NCBI GenBank assembly: GCA_002104905.1
Contig: MCFE01000498.1
Coordinates: forward strand, 1-64,000
Direction: 5' to 3'
Length of the DNA: 64,000 bases
Origin: Basidiobolus meristosporus CBS 931.73
Taxonomy: Eukaryota; Fungi; Basidiobolomycota
The position numbers and the translations under genes were made by a program. Of the stretch, positions 50,182 through 60,943 are shown in pieces (position 1 is the first letter of the stretch; each line of letters opens with the position of its first letter). Under the pieces are notes generated by a model, which was not told where the DNA came from, did not search any database, and saw only the letters and a program-made list of their open reading frames with translations.

Positions 50182-52862
50182 ATGTTTCTAAGGGAGCGAA
50201 GCAAAGTGCTGATCCTTACTGTCGCTATTGGACTATGCGGTGCATTGGTTCCATTGACTCAAGCAGCCGACCAACGCCCAGAGCAGCCGCTATACGATCT
50301 TGTTAAGCGCTTGCTGCCTGCTCAATACCAAAGAGAGATCCAATTTATGCTGAAGGAGACCATCTCAACCAACTCCACCACCAACGTCCACGATGTGTAT
50401 CGCATCACTACCTCTAGAAGCTCAAAGGTAGTGATTGAGGGAGTCTCTCTCTCCGCCTTGGGTGCTGGTCTCAACTACTATTTGAGAAACACTTGCCAGG
50501 TTGATATGTCCTGGTCTGGAGATCGCTTTAGCGAACTCCCAACCAATCCCCCATCCGCAAGCTCCAATGTCATCCAAGGATCTATTGTACCTTGGAGGTA
50601 TTATATGAACGTGGTCACAGCTGGCTACTCCACAGTGTTTTGGGACTGGGAGCGCTGGGAGCGTGAAATCGGTAGAGTTAGCCTGATGCTGCCCGGCTCA
50701 TCATGACGTTGCTAATCATCGGCTATGCTAGATTGGATGGTCTTGAACGGTATCAATATGCCGCTCGCCCTAACTGGCCAGGAGTATATTACCCGTCAGA
50801 TGTACTTGAACCTCGGGCTGCCACTGGAAGAAGTAAGTAGCTATTTCGTTGGTGCGGCCTTTCAGCCATGGAACCGCATGGGCAACATTCAAGGATCATG
50901 GGGGTTCAAGAATGATACTGGCGTGAAGAATGCATTCATCGATAGCCAGTTCGAGCTTCAGAAAAAGTACCATTTCTGAGTACAGTTATCTTCTCATCAT
51001 CCATTGCACGCCTACTCACTTGATTAATAGGATCCTTCAGCGGATGAAGGCCTTTGGGATGACTCCCATCCTCCCGTCGTTCCAGAGCTTTGTTCCCTCT
51101 GCGTTGGTCCAAAGATTTCCCAACACCACGTTCCATGAAGCCACTCAGTGGTCCGGTATGCCCCTCGAATACACCAAGGTTCACTATGTAGATCCTCAAG
51201 AGCCACTATTTGCTACACTGGCGGAGGAATTCATCAAGCTTCAGAAGCAGTTCTATGGCGAAAATGTTACTGACCATTACATTCTGGATCTTTACAATGA
51301 GTTGTTACCAGCCTCTTCAGATGAGCAGTACTTGAAATCCACCACCAAGGCCGTTGTGCACGCACTCAGAAAGGCCGACAAGAACGCCGTTTGGGTGATG
51401 CAGAGTTGGTTCTTGACCTCCACTCAGTTCTGGACTCCGGGTGTAACCAAGTCGTTCTTTGATGGGATCCGGGAGGCTGAGGGCAAGGCGTTTATCATCG
51501 ATCTTTATTCTGAGGGATTGCCACAGTGGAAGCATACAGATGGTTTCTACGGCATGGATTGGGGATGGAGCATGTAAGTTATCGGTCGATGGGTGATTTC
51601 GGCAGTTGATGGGTGATTTCGGCAGTTGATGGGTGATTTCGGATCACTAATGAAAGTCTCCTAGGATCAACAATTTTGCTGGCGGACAAGGGATCTTCGG
51701 GGTTCTTCCCACTGTGTTGGCTGAGCCATTTGCTGGGTACCATCATTCCGCAAAGAGCATGAGGGGAATGGGGGTCACACCCGACGGGATCAACACCAAT
51801 GAATTCCTGTACCACCTAGTGTATGATATCGCTTGGAAGGATCCTAATCAGCCTTTGAGCGGTAAACCATTGCTTGACCAGTTCATCCAGCGGCGCTACG
51901 GTCCCAAACAAACTACCCCGTTGATGTTGGAGGCCTGGGACCAGATCTCCAAGTCTTTGTGGAACATCACCGGAGAGCTGACCGGTAAAGTTAAATCATA
52001 TCTGGACCTCAACCCGAAGTTAGATATGGTGGCCTATGGATTTGAGCCTACCGTACCCATGTACGATACGGCTGTTGTGGCTGACGCCTGGAAGAAACTG
52101 ATGCGATCAACCAACGGCCAAGAGGGAGGAGGCGCTCATACCGTTGTTCAGCAGGGGCTGGATGAACTTGCTCAAGAGGCCTCGTCGCTAGAGCTGACTC
52201 TAGGGTCGAAGGCCAATAACGCATCACCCGGGCTCCGCTTCGACATAATTGACGTGACTCGAGAGGTTTTGTTAAATACGGTACTGCCAGCATTGCAAAA
52301 GGAATTGGTCAAAGGATTTAACCAGACTGATGTGCCTCGGATCACCCTCTATGGCGGTCTGATTGAAGCTTTGATACTAGATACCGACAGGTTGCTCTCA
52401 ACGCACACTCAGTTCCACCTTGGTAAATGGTTGGGCTACGCAAAGGCCACGGCCAAAAACATGAAGGTGACTACCGGTGAGCAATCCATCACTCCAGCAA
52501 GTTACTTGGAATTCCAGGCACGTAACCAAATCACCTGGTGGGGTCCAGCTTCTCAGGGTGCCTTGGCCGACTATGCTTCCAAACACTGGGCTGGACTTGT
52601 CAAGACATACTATCTTCCTAGATGGCAGCATTTCTCAAAGTCCTTGCTACAGGCTGCTCGTAACGGCAAGGCCTGGGACCAAGATAGGTTCAATGCGGAG
52701 GTCGCTGCATTAGAGAGCAAATGGCAGTATGGTACATGGGGGCAAAACAAAGGGGAGACATGGGGACCTTCTCCGCAGGATGATACGGTTGCAGTAGCGC
52801 AGGGAATTTTCCGTAGATGGGGTAAATTGGCCATCAAAATATCCCAAAACAAATCTGCCTAA
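50182..52862 (+). CDS. NAGLU: Secreted alpha-N-acetylglucosaminidase (GH89), 4 exons
   Basis: Contains WRYYMNVVTAGYSTVFWDWERWERE|IDWMVLNGINMPLALTGQE, WNRMGNIQG, FGMTPILPSF, DLYNE, TPDGINTNEFLY, EFQARNQITWWG and DYASKHWAGLVKTYYLPRW. Confidence 0.93.
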
Positions 52863-53497
52863 AGTATTTCGTCAATAAAACCAGGAATACTCCATTATTA
52901 GTCAAATAAAGTAGGGTAAACGAGTATTCTACTTTGATGGTTTCTTCTACTACTAATGACACACGCAAACCGAATGTGTACCGGAAACTATCATGTAGTT
53001 ATCAATGCTGCCAATCTAATCAATCTTTATTGCCGCATTTCTTGGACTACGCTGAGATTATCCCAACCATTGATTTCCCCATCCCGGGGGAAGTAGACCA
53101 GATCCTTCGGAAGCTCCCTTACTTTGGGTACAATACGTTTTGACACTAGAGGTACGCACAACAAGGATGTTAAGTACAGCAGATGCCTTAGTCAATCGGA
53201 AGATATTTGCCTTGAGCCTATTTAGTTACTAATTATTAACCATAGAAAAGTGGCCTGCTTGATGGTAAAGCAGCAAGAATATTTTATTGCTGATATTTGG
53301 ATACTTAAAAGGATCTTGATTGGAGCCTGGGTAATAGAGTGGGAACCTTAGCTGAGGGGTATTATTATAACTATTCAGCTCACACCCAAACCACTCTTAC
53401 TAAAGCTTCCATTTAGCTTATTGCCAAACTCTGGCTTATTTACTTATCAGCTAGCTCTTAGAACTAGTGGAGGCCTGGTTTTATGTCCAAGATAAAA

Positions 53498-54330
53498 TTA
53501 AGGGGCTGAAAGTTACCAAGTGGTGAAATCTTTACTTACTCATGACAAGTATCTAAAGAAACCAAGCTAATATGAAGTGATCTCCAATAGGCTAGGTCTG
53601 ACAGATATCTTCCTGCTATACCAGGTCTGAGTGTTAAGAAGCTGAGTGTTACTGTATTTCCTAGTTAGCTAGGTCTGGGGGAGGTGTCCTGAGAAGTTAG
53701 AATCTCAGTGTATATGTGGTGAGTTGTACTGATTTGCAGTAGCTGAAATGTGACCCAAATAGCCAGCAGACTGGGGAACTGAGAGGAATATCTTGACATC
53801 ACTGGTCAAGTTAAGTAGGCAAATATGTTGAAGTAGCATTTGAGAATCTCAGAGCTCAGGGGGTAGCAAGAGTGGTAAGAATGATTTGTCAACTGTATCA
53901 TAGAGGGGAACATTCTGGAGGGATACTCATCATAAAGGGCATGTGTTGCATAAGGTGCAGCTTCCATAGGTCTGTCAAGTACATCATGTAAGTGAATTTA
54001 GGCTTTTCTAACTGCAGTATATACTTTGCACACTTCTTGACATCAGGATTTCTAAGTATGATACTCTAGAAGGAATCAGATGCAGTGAGATGGGGTCTTC
54101 TTCAAGCAATGTTCAGTCAATTTTTGCAGTTGTAGAGTATGGAGTATAATGTAGTTGTAGGGTAGAGAAGTCTGAACTTGCATGACATAAACCAAAAAGC
54201 ACCAAGTATAGCATATCAGTAGGGGTATTCAAATAGATTGAGGACCAAAGAGTTAATGCACCAGATTGCAAACTTGTTATGTTTAGTGCAGTTTCCAGTG
54301 GTAGGCCCTAAGAAATAATATTGTGAAGAT
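53498..54330 (-). mobile_element. Degenerate 5'-truncated non-LTR RT element (E1)
   Basis: 3'-end motif ttaagggg...ttacc-aagt-ggtga-aatcttta. The body is homologous to 63265-63720, e.g. ggggtagcaagagtggtaagaatga. Confidence 0.7.
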
Positions 54331-54481
54331 CCTGTCAAAAGGCTGTTACAGAATATAAGTCCAATGAATAAGTGATACTAATACCACTAGGACACCACAC
54401 AAAAACTGCTGGAAAAAATAGCACCTCAGATTTCACAAAATACTTGGTCAAAATTTTTGATCACAATGATCCCATAGTTGC

Positions 54482-54535
54482 TTAGGGGGTGGGAAAGTCA
54501 CCAAGCTAGTGAAATCTTTATTTGAGTTAAGAACT
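54482..54535 (-). mobile_element. 3' stub of a non-LTR RT element (E2), interrupted by the copia LTR
   Basis: ttagggggtgggaaagtcaccaagctagtgaaatctttatttgagttaagaact matches the start of E5 (55569 onward). Confidence 0.8.
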
Positions 54536-55144
54536 TGTTGTAAAAATTTGCAATTCCACCTAAATACTCACCTAACTTAGTCACTTAGATCATTACCCTC
54601 AAATCCTAGAGAATACTGACCAAATTCCTTGTTGGGATTTACTTGGAATATTTTCACCAAAATACCAGGTACCCAGAACATGAAAATTCTCAAAGTTGGC
54701 CAAATAGCCACAAGCTTTGCACACATGTTCTTGAGACCTTCCTCAATCTTTTCTATGTGTTTGTAATGCCAAGACCAGGTAAAAGTATAAATACTACTTT
54801 TACATTCAATAAATCATTAAGTGAAAAACACATAATCTACTTGTCCACCCAATCACTTCCAATATCTCCAAGACTCTTACAACAGGTTATGAGCCCCAAG
54901 CTGTCACTCTCTGCAATGTCTAATATTGCTATTACTGGAATTTTCCCCTCTGCTGAAAAGTTGGATGGATCTAACTACCAAGTGTGGAAGTTGAAGATGA
55001 AGATGCTGCTACAAGAAAGAGGCATTTGGGATATTGTCATGGGAGAAGAATGCCCTCCTAAAAACATGGGAGAGAAAGCCTTAAAGTACCAGAAGAAAGA
55101 ACAAAGTGCCTTTAACTGCATTTGCCTTAATGTTAAGGACAATT
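54536..55144 (+). mobile_element. Truncated Ty1/copia element: 5' LTR (54536-54884), PBS (54885-54896) and gag N-terminus (54916-55144)
   Basis: LTR TGTTGTAA...TTACAACA containing TATAAATA and AATAAA, PBS GGTTATGAGCCC, and gag motif KLDGSNYQVWKLKMKMLLQERGIWDIV. Confidence 0.92.
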
Positions 55145-55491
55145 TTAGGGTTAGGGGGGATGATAATGACCACAGGGTGAAATCTTTATTTAAATTGTAA
55201 ATAAAGAAGCCAAGTTTCAATATGAATATCTGAGATGCAGTTAGCCTATATGATAAACCTGGACTTTGCTGTATCCCAAATATCCTCAATATCAAAGTTT
55301 AGAAGAGAATGTAGCAAAACTGCTTGTTCACTGTAGTATTTCTTGAGGAAGTTTGCAACTTGAAGGGAAGGAGAGTTTTTCAACAAGCTGGTAAACCTTT
55401 TGAGGAGTTCTTTTTCCAGAGAGAATGGTACAAAGAGTGGAATGTCTAAATGATGTCTGAATATATGCTCTGAGAGCTCCCAATCCAGCAC
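55145..55491 (-). mobile_element. 5'-truncated non-LTR RT element (E3, divergent subfamily)
   Basis: Begins TTAGGGTTAGGGGGG, then tgacc-acag-ggtga-aatctttattt and aaagaagcca. The minus-strand peptide resembles the C-termini of E5 and E7. Confidence 0.75.
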
Positions 55492-55568
55492 TTAGGGGGG
55501 AGACAGTCACCAACAGGTGAAATCTTTATTTCAGTTGAAACAAAGAAGCCAGTGCTACTGTTGTAGCA
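55492..55568 (-). mobile_element. 77-bp 3' stub of a non-LTR RT element (E4)
   Basis: Near-identical to the first ~75 bp of E6 and E7. Confidence 0.85.
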
Positions 55569-57717
55569 TTAGGGGAGGGAAAGTCACCAAGTGGGTGAAA
55601 TCTTTATTTGGGTTAAGAACTAATTCAAGTACAAATAAAGAAGCCAATTAAGAGGTCTAGAACCTCTCTAATAAGTAATCTAATTTATGTTTTGTTTCAT
55701 CTCTAATGTTTGTTTCAATAAAGTAAAGCTCATCAGGGGTAAATATAAAATTCAGGGGTTTTGGGGGAAGTACAAATTGTAGATGTTTCTGATCGATATA
55801 ATCCAAGACTGGAACCCAGCCTGGGATTAGGTGTAGTAGGAAAGGTGTGTGGACTTGTAAGTAGCTCTGCCACGTAGATCTTAGATGGTCCTGAGCCAGT
55901 AGTCTTGGATTCTCAGCTTTTTGAAGTTTTGAAGCAAGCTCTGTTACTACAGCAGAGCCAACCAGGGTGTGCCAGCAAGAAGATTTCAGGGAGGAGTTAG
56001 ATTGAAGCCATTGTTTGATGGAGGGGTTATGTGATATCTGAAGCTTGACTAGGAAGGAAGCACAGAGATAGATCATTTGGATTTGGTATGGGTAGAACCC
56101 AAAGGCTCCATTAGTTGCATGGATATAGGGAGATACTGGAAGATAAGGTACCAGGGATCTGATACACTGATGGAGAAATTTATCCAGGCGGTGAAGCTCT
56201 CTGGAGGTTAGGAGTATAATGTGGAGACCAAATTCAAGTACCGGCAGTACATACTGCTTCAGAAGTATAGGGAACTTTTGAATTGGAGTGTCTGGAGGGA
56301 CTACTACCAGAAGCTTTTTGAGAGCCTGTTGGGCAAGACTGATCCAATTATTCAGGTGGAGCTTTGAGTCAATCCCATGTTGACAAAACGGCAGACCTAG
56401 ATATATTGCAGTTTGTTGTGGCAGAATGCTAGTGTGCTGTATAGTTGTAGTGCACCTAATTGGGACTGTCTTGGAAATTGAGAGTGAGAGGTTGCTGGCA
56501 GCCAAGTACTTCTCAATGATGGCAGTGTCTGCTATGGGATTAGGAGTAGCAATCTTGATATCATCCGCATACAGAGTTAGTAGTGGATAGGGAGAGTCTG
56601 GTGAGGGGCCTTTTGGAAATAAAGGAAAGTCATGTAGCAATATCACAAATAGTAAGGGACCTAGTACAGATCCTTGGACTACTCCATTTAGAACCTCATA
56701 AGTCTCTGATGTACAGCTTGGATGCAAAATTTTGGCTGAGTTCTAACAAAATAGAGAACGTACAAGAAGGGTCATTGGTAGTGTGGTAACTGCTAATAGC
56801 TTTCTCCAAAGCAGAGCTCTGTCCACAGAGTCAAAGGCTTTAGTAATGTCAAACAGAATGGTTGGCAATGAGAATTGAAGTGAATGATCATGGCTTAGCA
56901 CTACAGCCATATCCAAGGAGAGTTTGGGCAAGAAGCCAAACTGAGAAGGATGGAATGGATATAGTTGAGATTGCAAGGATCTTGCTATTCTAAGCTCAAA
57001 GATTTTCCAGCAGGTTGGTAGGAGTGAAACTGGCCAGTAAGAACCTGGGAGTGAGTGTTTCCCCTTCCCTTTGTATAAGGGTATTACATTTGCCTGTGAC
57101 CAGGCCTTTGGGGTAGTCAATTGTTGGGCACAGATAGAGTAGAATGGGAGAAGTAAGTGACTCATTTTGGAGTAGCACACCCAGAGTAGATTGTAGGTAA
57201 TCAAGTCATGTCCAGGTGCAGTATTTGCAGGAAGCTTCTTTAAAATTTTCTCCAGAAGCTTTGCTGAAACCAAAACTGGAGATGTTGGACTGCTGGATAT
57301 GTTACCAGTATGGTAGAAAGGAGGAGTGGGATGCACGGATGAATCAAAGAATATAGGGGCCAGTTTGTCTGGTGATGGTATACTCCTTGCTTGGGGTCTC
57401 ATGGCTTTGTATACTCTTGATATGGACCTTGTGGTGGCATTCATATTGACTAAGGGCAAGGTATCCATGATATGAGCCCATAATCTAGTATGCTCAGTGA
57501 TCTGTAGTGACTTGGAGTAGGAGATTGCGCTTTCCAGGAGGTTCTGTGTTTTTGGGTTAGGGAAACATAGGTAGCTGGAATAGGGTGTAGGTGTTATAGT
57601 AAGGGCTAGGAAAAGGTTAGAAGAGCAGGGGGTTTGGGGGATGCAATCCCCCACACTGCTCCCATACTCTTTAAATTCCCGTTGGATTACTTTTCTCTCA
57701 TTCTTGGTTCTGGTCCC
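55569..57717 (-). mobile_element. Longest non-LTR (LINE-type) RT element (E5); one reading frame with a single premature stop
   Basis: ORFs 56743-57654 and 55657-56727 are in the same frame. Motifs include APGHD, W..ANVIPLYKG..SY(W)PVSLL, QFGF, DITKAFDSV, GVVQGSVLGPLLF, YADD and YLG. No APE or restriction-like endonuclease is visible. Confidence 0.9.
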
Positions 57718-58168
57718 TTAGGGTTAGAATTCCTCCTTCTAACACTTATCACCCTAACCATAAATATTTTTACCCCACAATTGGCACATTGTTTGCTCAT
57801 ATAGTGGGCATGTCTGGGCCAATATTTGTCTCCCTATACTGTCCATATGCTCTGTATAAGTCTTGATGACTATTTAATTAATAAATTGTTATTTTTAATG
57901 TATATCTAATAATCAATGGGATTCATCCCAATCTGACCACAATCCCATATTTTGATAAGCTTTGGGCACCATAAATTGTGCGGCCCTAATATGATAAAAA
58001 AATTCATGGCCAATACAAATTTTGTGTAACCCAATTGCTTTTACCAAATATAAAGTGTATCCCAAAGTTCAATATATATTATGGCTATAATAGAAACTTT
58101 ATTTGACACCATTGCAACTACTACTTATATTCTATGTGCACATGTATCCTGTGGGAATTGTAAAACTT

Positions 58169-58880
58169 AGCCACGTGGTACAAAAGTGCTTTTATTTTTC
58201 ATCATGATAGTTTGACATGAGTTCCTAACGCACTTTGAAAGTACGCAGTAGCCATACCCCAACAGGTTTTAAGGATGTCCACTAGCTACGTCTACTTGTG
58301 TCTAGCAGGAGCCATCAATCATCAGCCGCGCAATACTGAAATGCTTTTATTTTTCATCATGCTAGTTTTGTATGAATCCCTAACGCACTTTCATAGTGCG
58401 CAGTAACCATACCCCAACAGGTTTTAAGGATACCCACTTGCTACGTTTACTTGTGTCTAGCGGGAGTTATCAATCATCAGCCACGTGGTAATAAAGTGCT
58501 TTTATTTTCATCATGCTAGTTTTGTATGAATCCCTAACGCACTTTCATAGTGCGCGGTAACCATACCCCAACAGGTTTTAAGGATACCCACTTGCTACGT
58601 TTACTTGTGTCTAGCAGGAGTTATCAATCATCAGCTGCGCGGTAATAAAGTGCTTTTATTTTTCATCATGATAGTTTTACATGAGTCCTTAATGCACTTT
58701 CATAGTGCGCAGTAACCATACCCCAACAGGTTTTAAGGATACCCACTTGCTACATTTACTTGTGTCTAGCGGGAATCATCAATCATCAGCCGTGCGGTAA
58801 TAAAGTGCTTTTATTTTTCATCATGATAGTTTTACATGAGTCCCTAACGCACTTTTATAGTGCGTGGTAACCATACCCCC
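58169..58880. repeat. 155-bp tandem repeat, ~4.6 copies
   Basis: Units start at 58169, 58324, 58479, 58633 and 58788. Confidence 0.95.
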
Positions 58881-59320
58881 AGAAAGTAGTGTGGATGCTT
58901 ACTTTAAACCCTCACTTGTGTATTGTACGGACTATCAACAAACAGCCGTGTGGGAATGGAACATCATAGAAAAGCATTGCTTTGTTGTTAGCAAGTATTG
59001 ATGCGCAAATAGTGGTACTATGTGAATTATTGAGTAACTATTTACTCTAGTTGGTTCCAAGATATTCCTAGACAATATGCTCAAAATCAATATTAGCATC
59101 AATAGCTTGCTCTTTGATCACTAAACCACCGCACCCAATATGCGGTGGCCTTGGTTTTGTCTAGCCGTTGAGGAATGAAACCAGAGTACAGTCACAAGAG
59201 AGGCACAAGTGAAATGTGATGAAGTAAGTGTATATGAAAGTAATATAAATCTACAGGACAGAAGAGAACAACTAGTAGTTAAACAGCACTCACTGACACT
59301 CCACCAAGTAGAGCACCAAC

Positions 59321-59800
59321 ATGGACAATAAACAAGTCATGAGGGGAAAGCTTAAGGACCGCTACTTGGGGATCAAGACCAAAAGAGGAAGCTGCCTCTA
59401 CCATAGCAGTCCTCACGCTCCAAAGGAAGACCAAGAGTCTATTATAGACAAAGATTGCGGCAAGAAGAGCAGTACAATTACCAGTTCTGGTAGTGGTACC
59501 TTTGGAAGTCCCAAATACCTGGAGAAAACTCGGAAAAAATTGGCAGATGACTCAGTTGTCCTGAGGAGAAAACAAGCCAATGCGATTGAGCAGTTCCAAA
59601 ACAAAGTTCAGCTTAGTTCTTCTTTGCCTCACTACAAAGTACTCCAAGTGGCTTATTTGGATTATAAGCGTATGAAGGAGAATCAGGCAGAGACTGATAA
59701 GTTAAGTGATAGTAAATTGCATCACTTCTTAGATCAGGTCGAGAAACAGTTGCACAGCCAAGAGATGGAACAAGAATTGACAATTACAGAAACCAAATAA
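59321..59800 (+). CDS. Hypothetical Lys/Ser-rich protein with a likely coiled-coil C-terminus, 159 aa
   Basis: Uninterrupted ATG-initiated ORF in CpG-poor DNA, followed by AATAAA. No family recognised. Confidence 0.35.
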   Translation: MDNKQVMRGKLKDRYLGIKTKRGSCLYHSSPHAPKEDQESIIDKDCGKKSSTITSSGSGTFGSPKYLEKTRKKLADDSVVLRRKQANAIEQFQNKVQLSSSLPHYKVLQVAYLDYKRMKENQAETDKLSDSKLHHFLDQVEKQLHSQEMEQELTITETK

Positions 59801-60943
59801 TTTTGCCAATGTAGTTTTGCATTTTAATAAAATAAAAGGGTGCTGATAAGAACAGAATAAAGTAAACTTATGTGTACATCAAATGATTCAAATACTGGCT
59901 AGATGGATGTTACATAGAAGCAAGAAGCTCAGTAACCTCAAAGGAAAGATATGATGAATGGGCCACCAACATCATCCAAATGAGTATAAAAGTGGAGAAA
60001 GGAGACATAATCCTTCATAAAAAACAAGAAGCATGGAAGCAGGCAGTAGCCGGGTAGATGCCAGGAGTGAAGGTAGAGTACAAAGAGAGCAAGGAAGGGG
60101 ACAAGGACGCGGAAGAGGACGCGGAACCGGGTGCGGAAGAGGAAGAGGGCAAGGAAGTGGCCAAATCCAAGAGGAGCGTGAAGGAGGTGTTGCAGCAAAC
60201 GTGGATGATGCTGAGCAAGCTGCTGTAGTCACTACCAGGCGGCCGGTCAACCAAGTTTCCCAAGCATTGTCAGAGGTTTGACAAGAGCTTCTGGAATATA
60301 GGACAACATTGCACCATGAGATATTGCGACGTATGTGCCAGGAGATTAAACAAAGGAGGGGTGATATTGTAAAGCTAAATTGGGATATTGCTGGACTTCA
60401 AGCCCAGATTGATTTCAGTTTCCACCATTCTACTGAGGCATTAGTGGCATAAATGGTAAAAACGTTTGCCCGCATCAGGGCAAGCAATAAGCAGGGTGCA
60501 TCTTCCAACCCAGGTGTACTTGCAAGCGACAGTATTGGAGGGGATACTACTTCCTCCCTCAAACCTACCACAAGCCAAGAGACAAGAGCAGAATCCTCCA
60601 CAACAATGAGAATGGCCCCCACGCAGGTTGATATGGAAGTGTGCAAAGAAGACGTGGAGAAGCAGAGTGGGGATACTATAGGCCAACCAGAAACTGTAAT
60701 GGAGGCGGAGAGACCAAGTCATATTGTCATCTTAAAAATACCACAGGTTGATTCATTGCTATCACTTCCCCCATCATCACTATCTGTGCCCCCATCACCA
60801 CCGCCATCCTCTGGCTAACTTGAGTAAATAAAGAATTTCCACCATCCCAAATCAATGAATTGACAAGTAATAAGTTGAACTGATAAGATTGACGATTTAC
60901 AGACTTATATATGTGAAGTATGTAGTACTTAAGAGCTTTCAAG

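Noticed and set aside
51588-51645. 20-bp x ~3 repeat in the GH89 gene
   Set aside because: It lies inside an intron with intact splice signals and is probably simple slippage.
55657-57654. E5 RT as a Penelope-like or telomerase RT
   Set aside because: The motifs (PG.D, YRP.SLL-like, QFGF, QGSVLGP, YADD) are those of non-LTR LINE RTs. Absence of an endonuclease is not proven, because E5 may be 5'-truncated.
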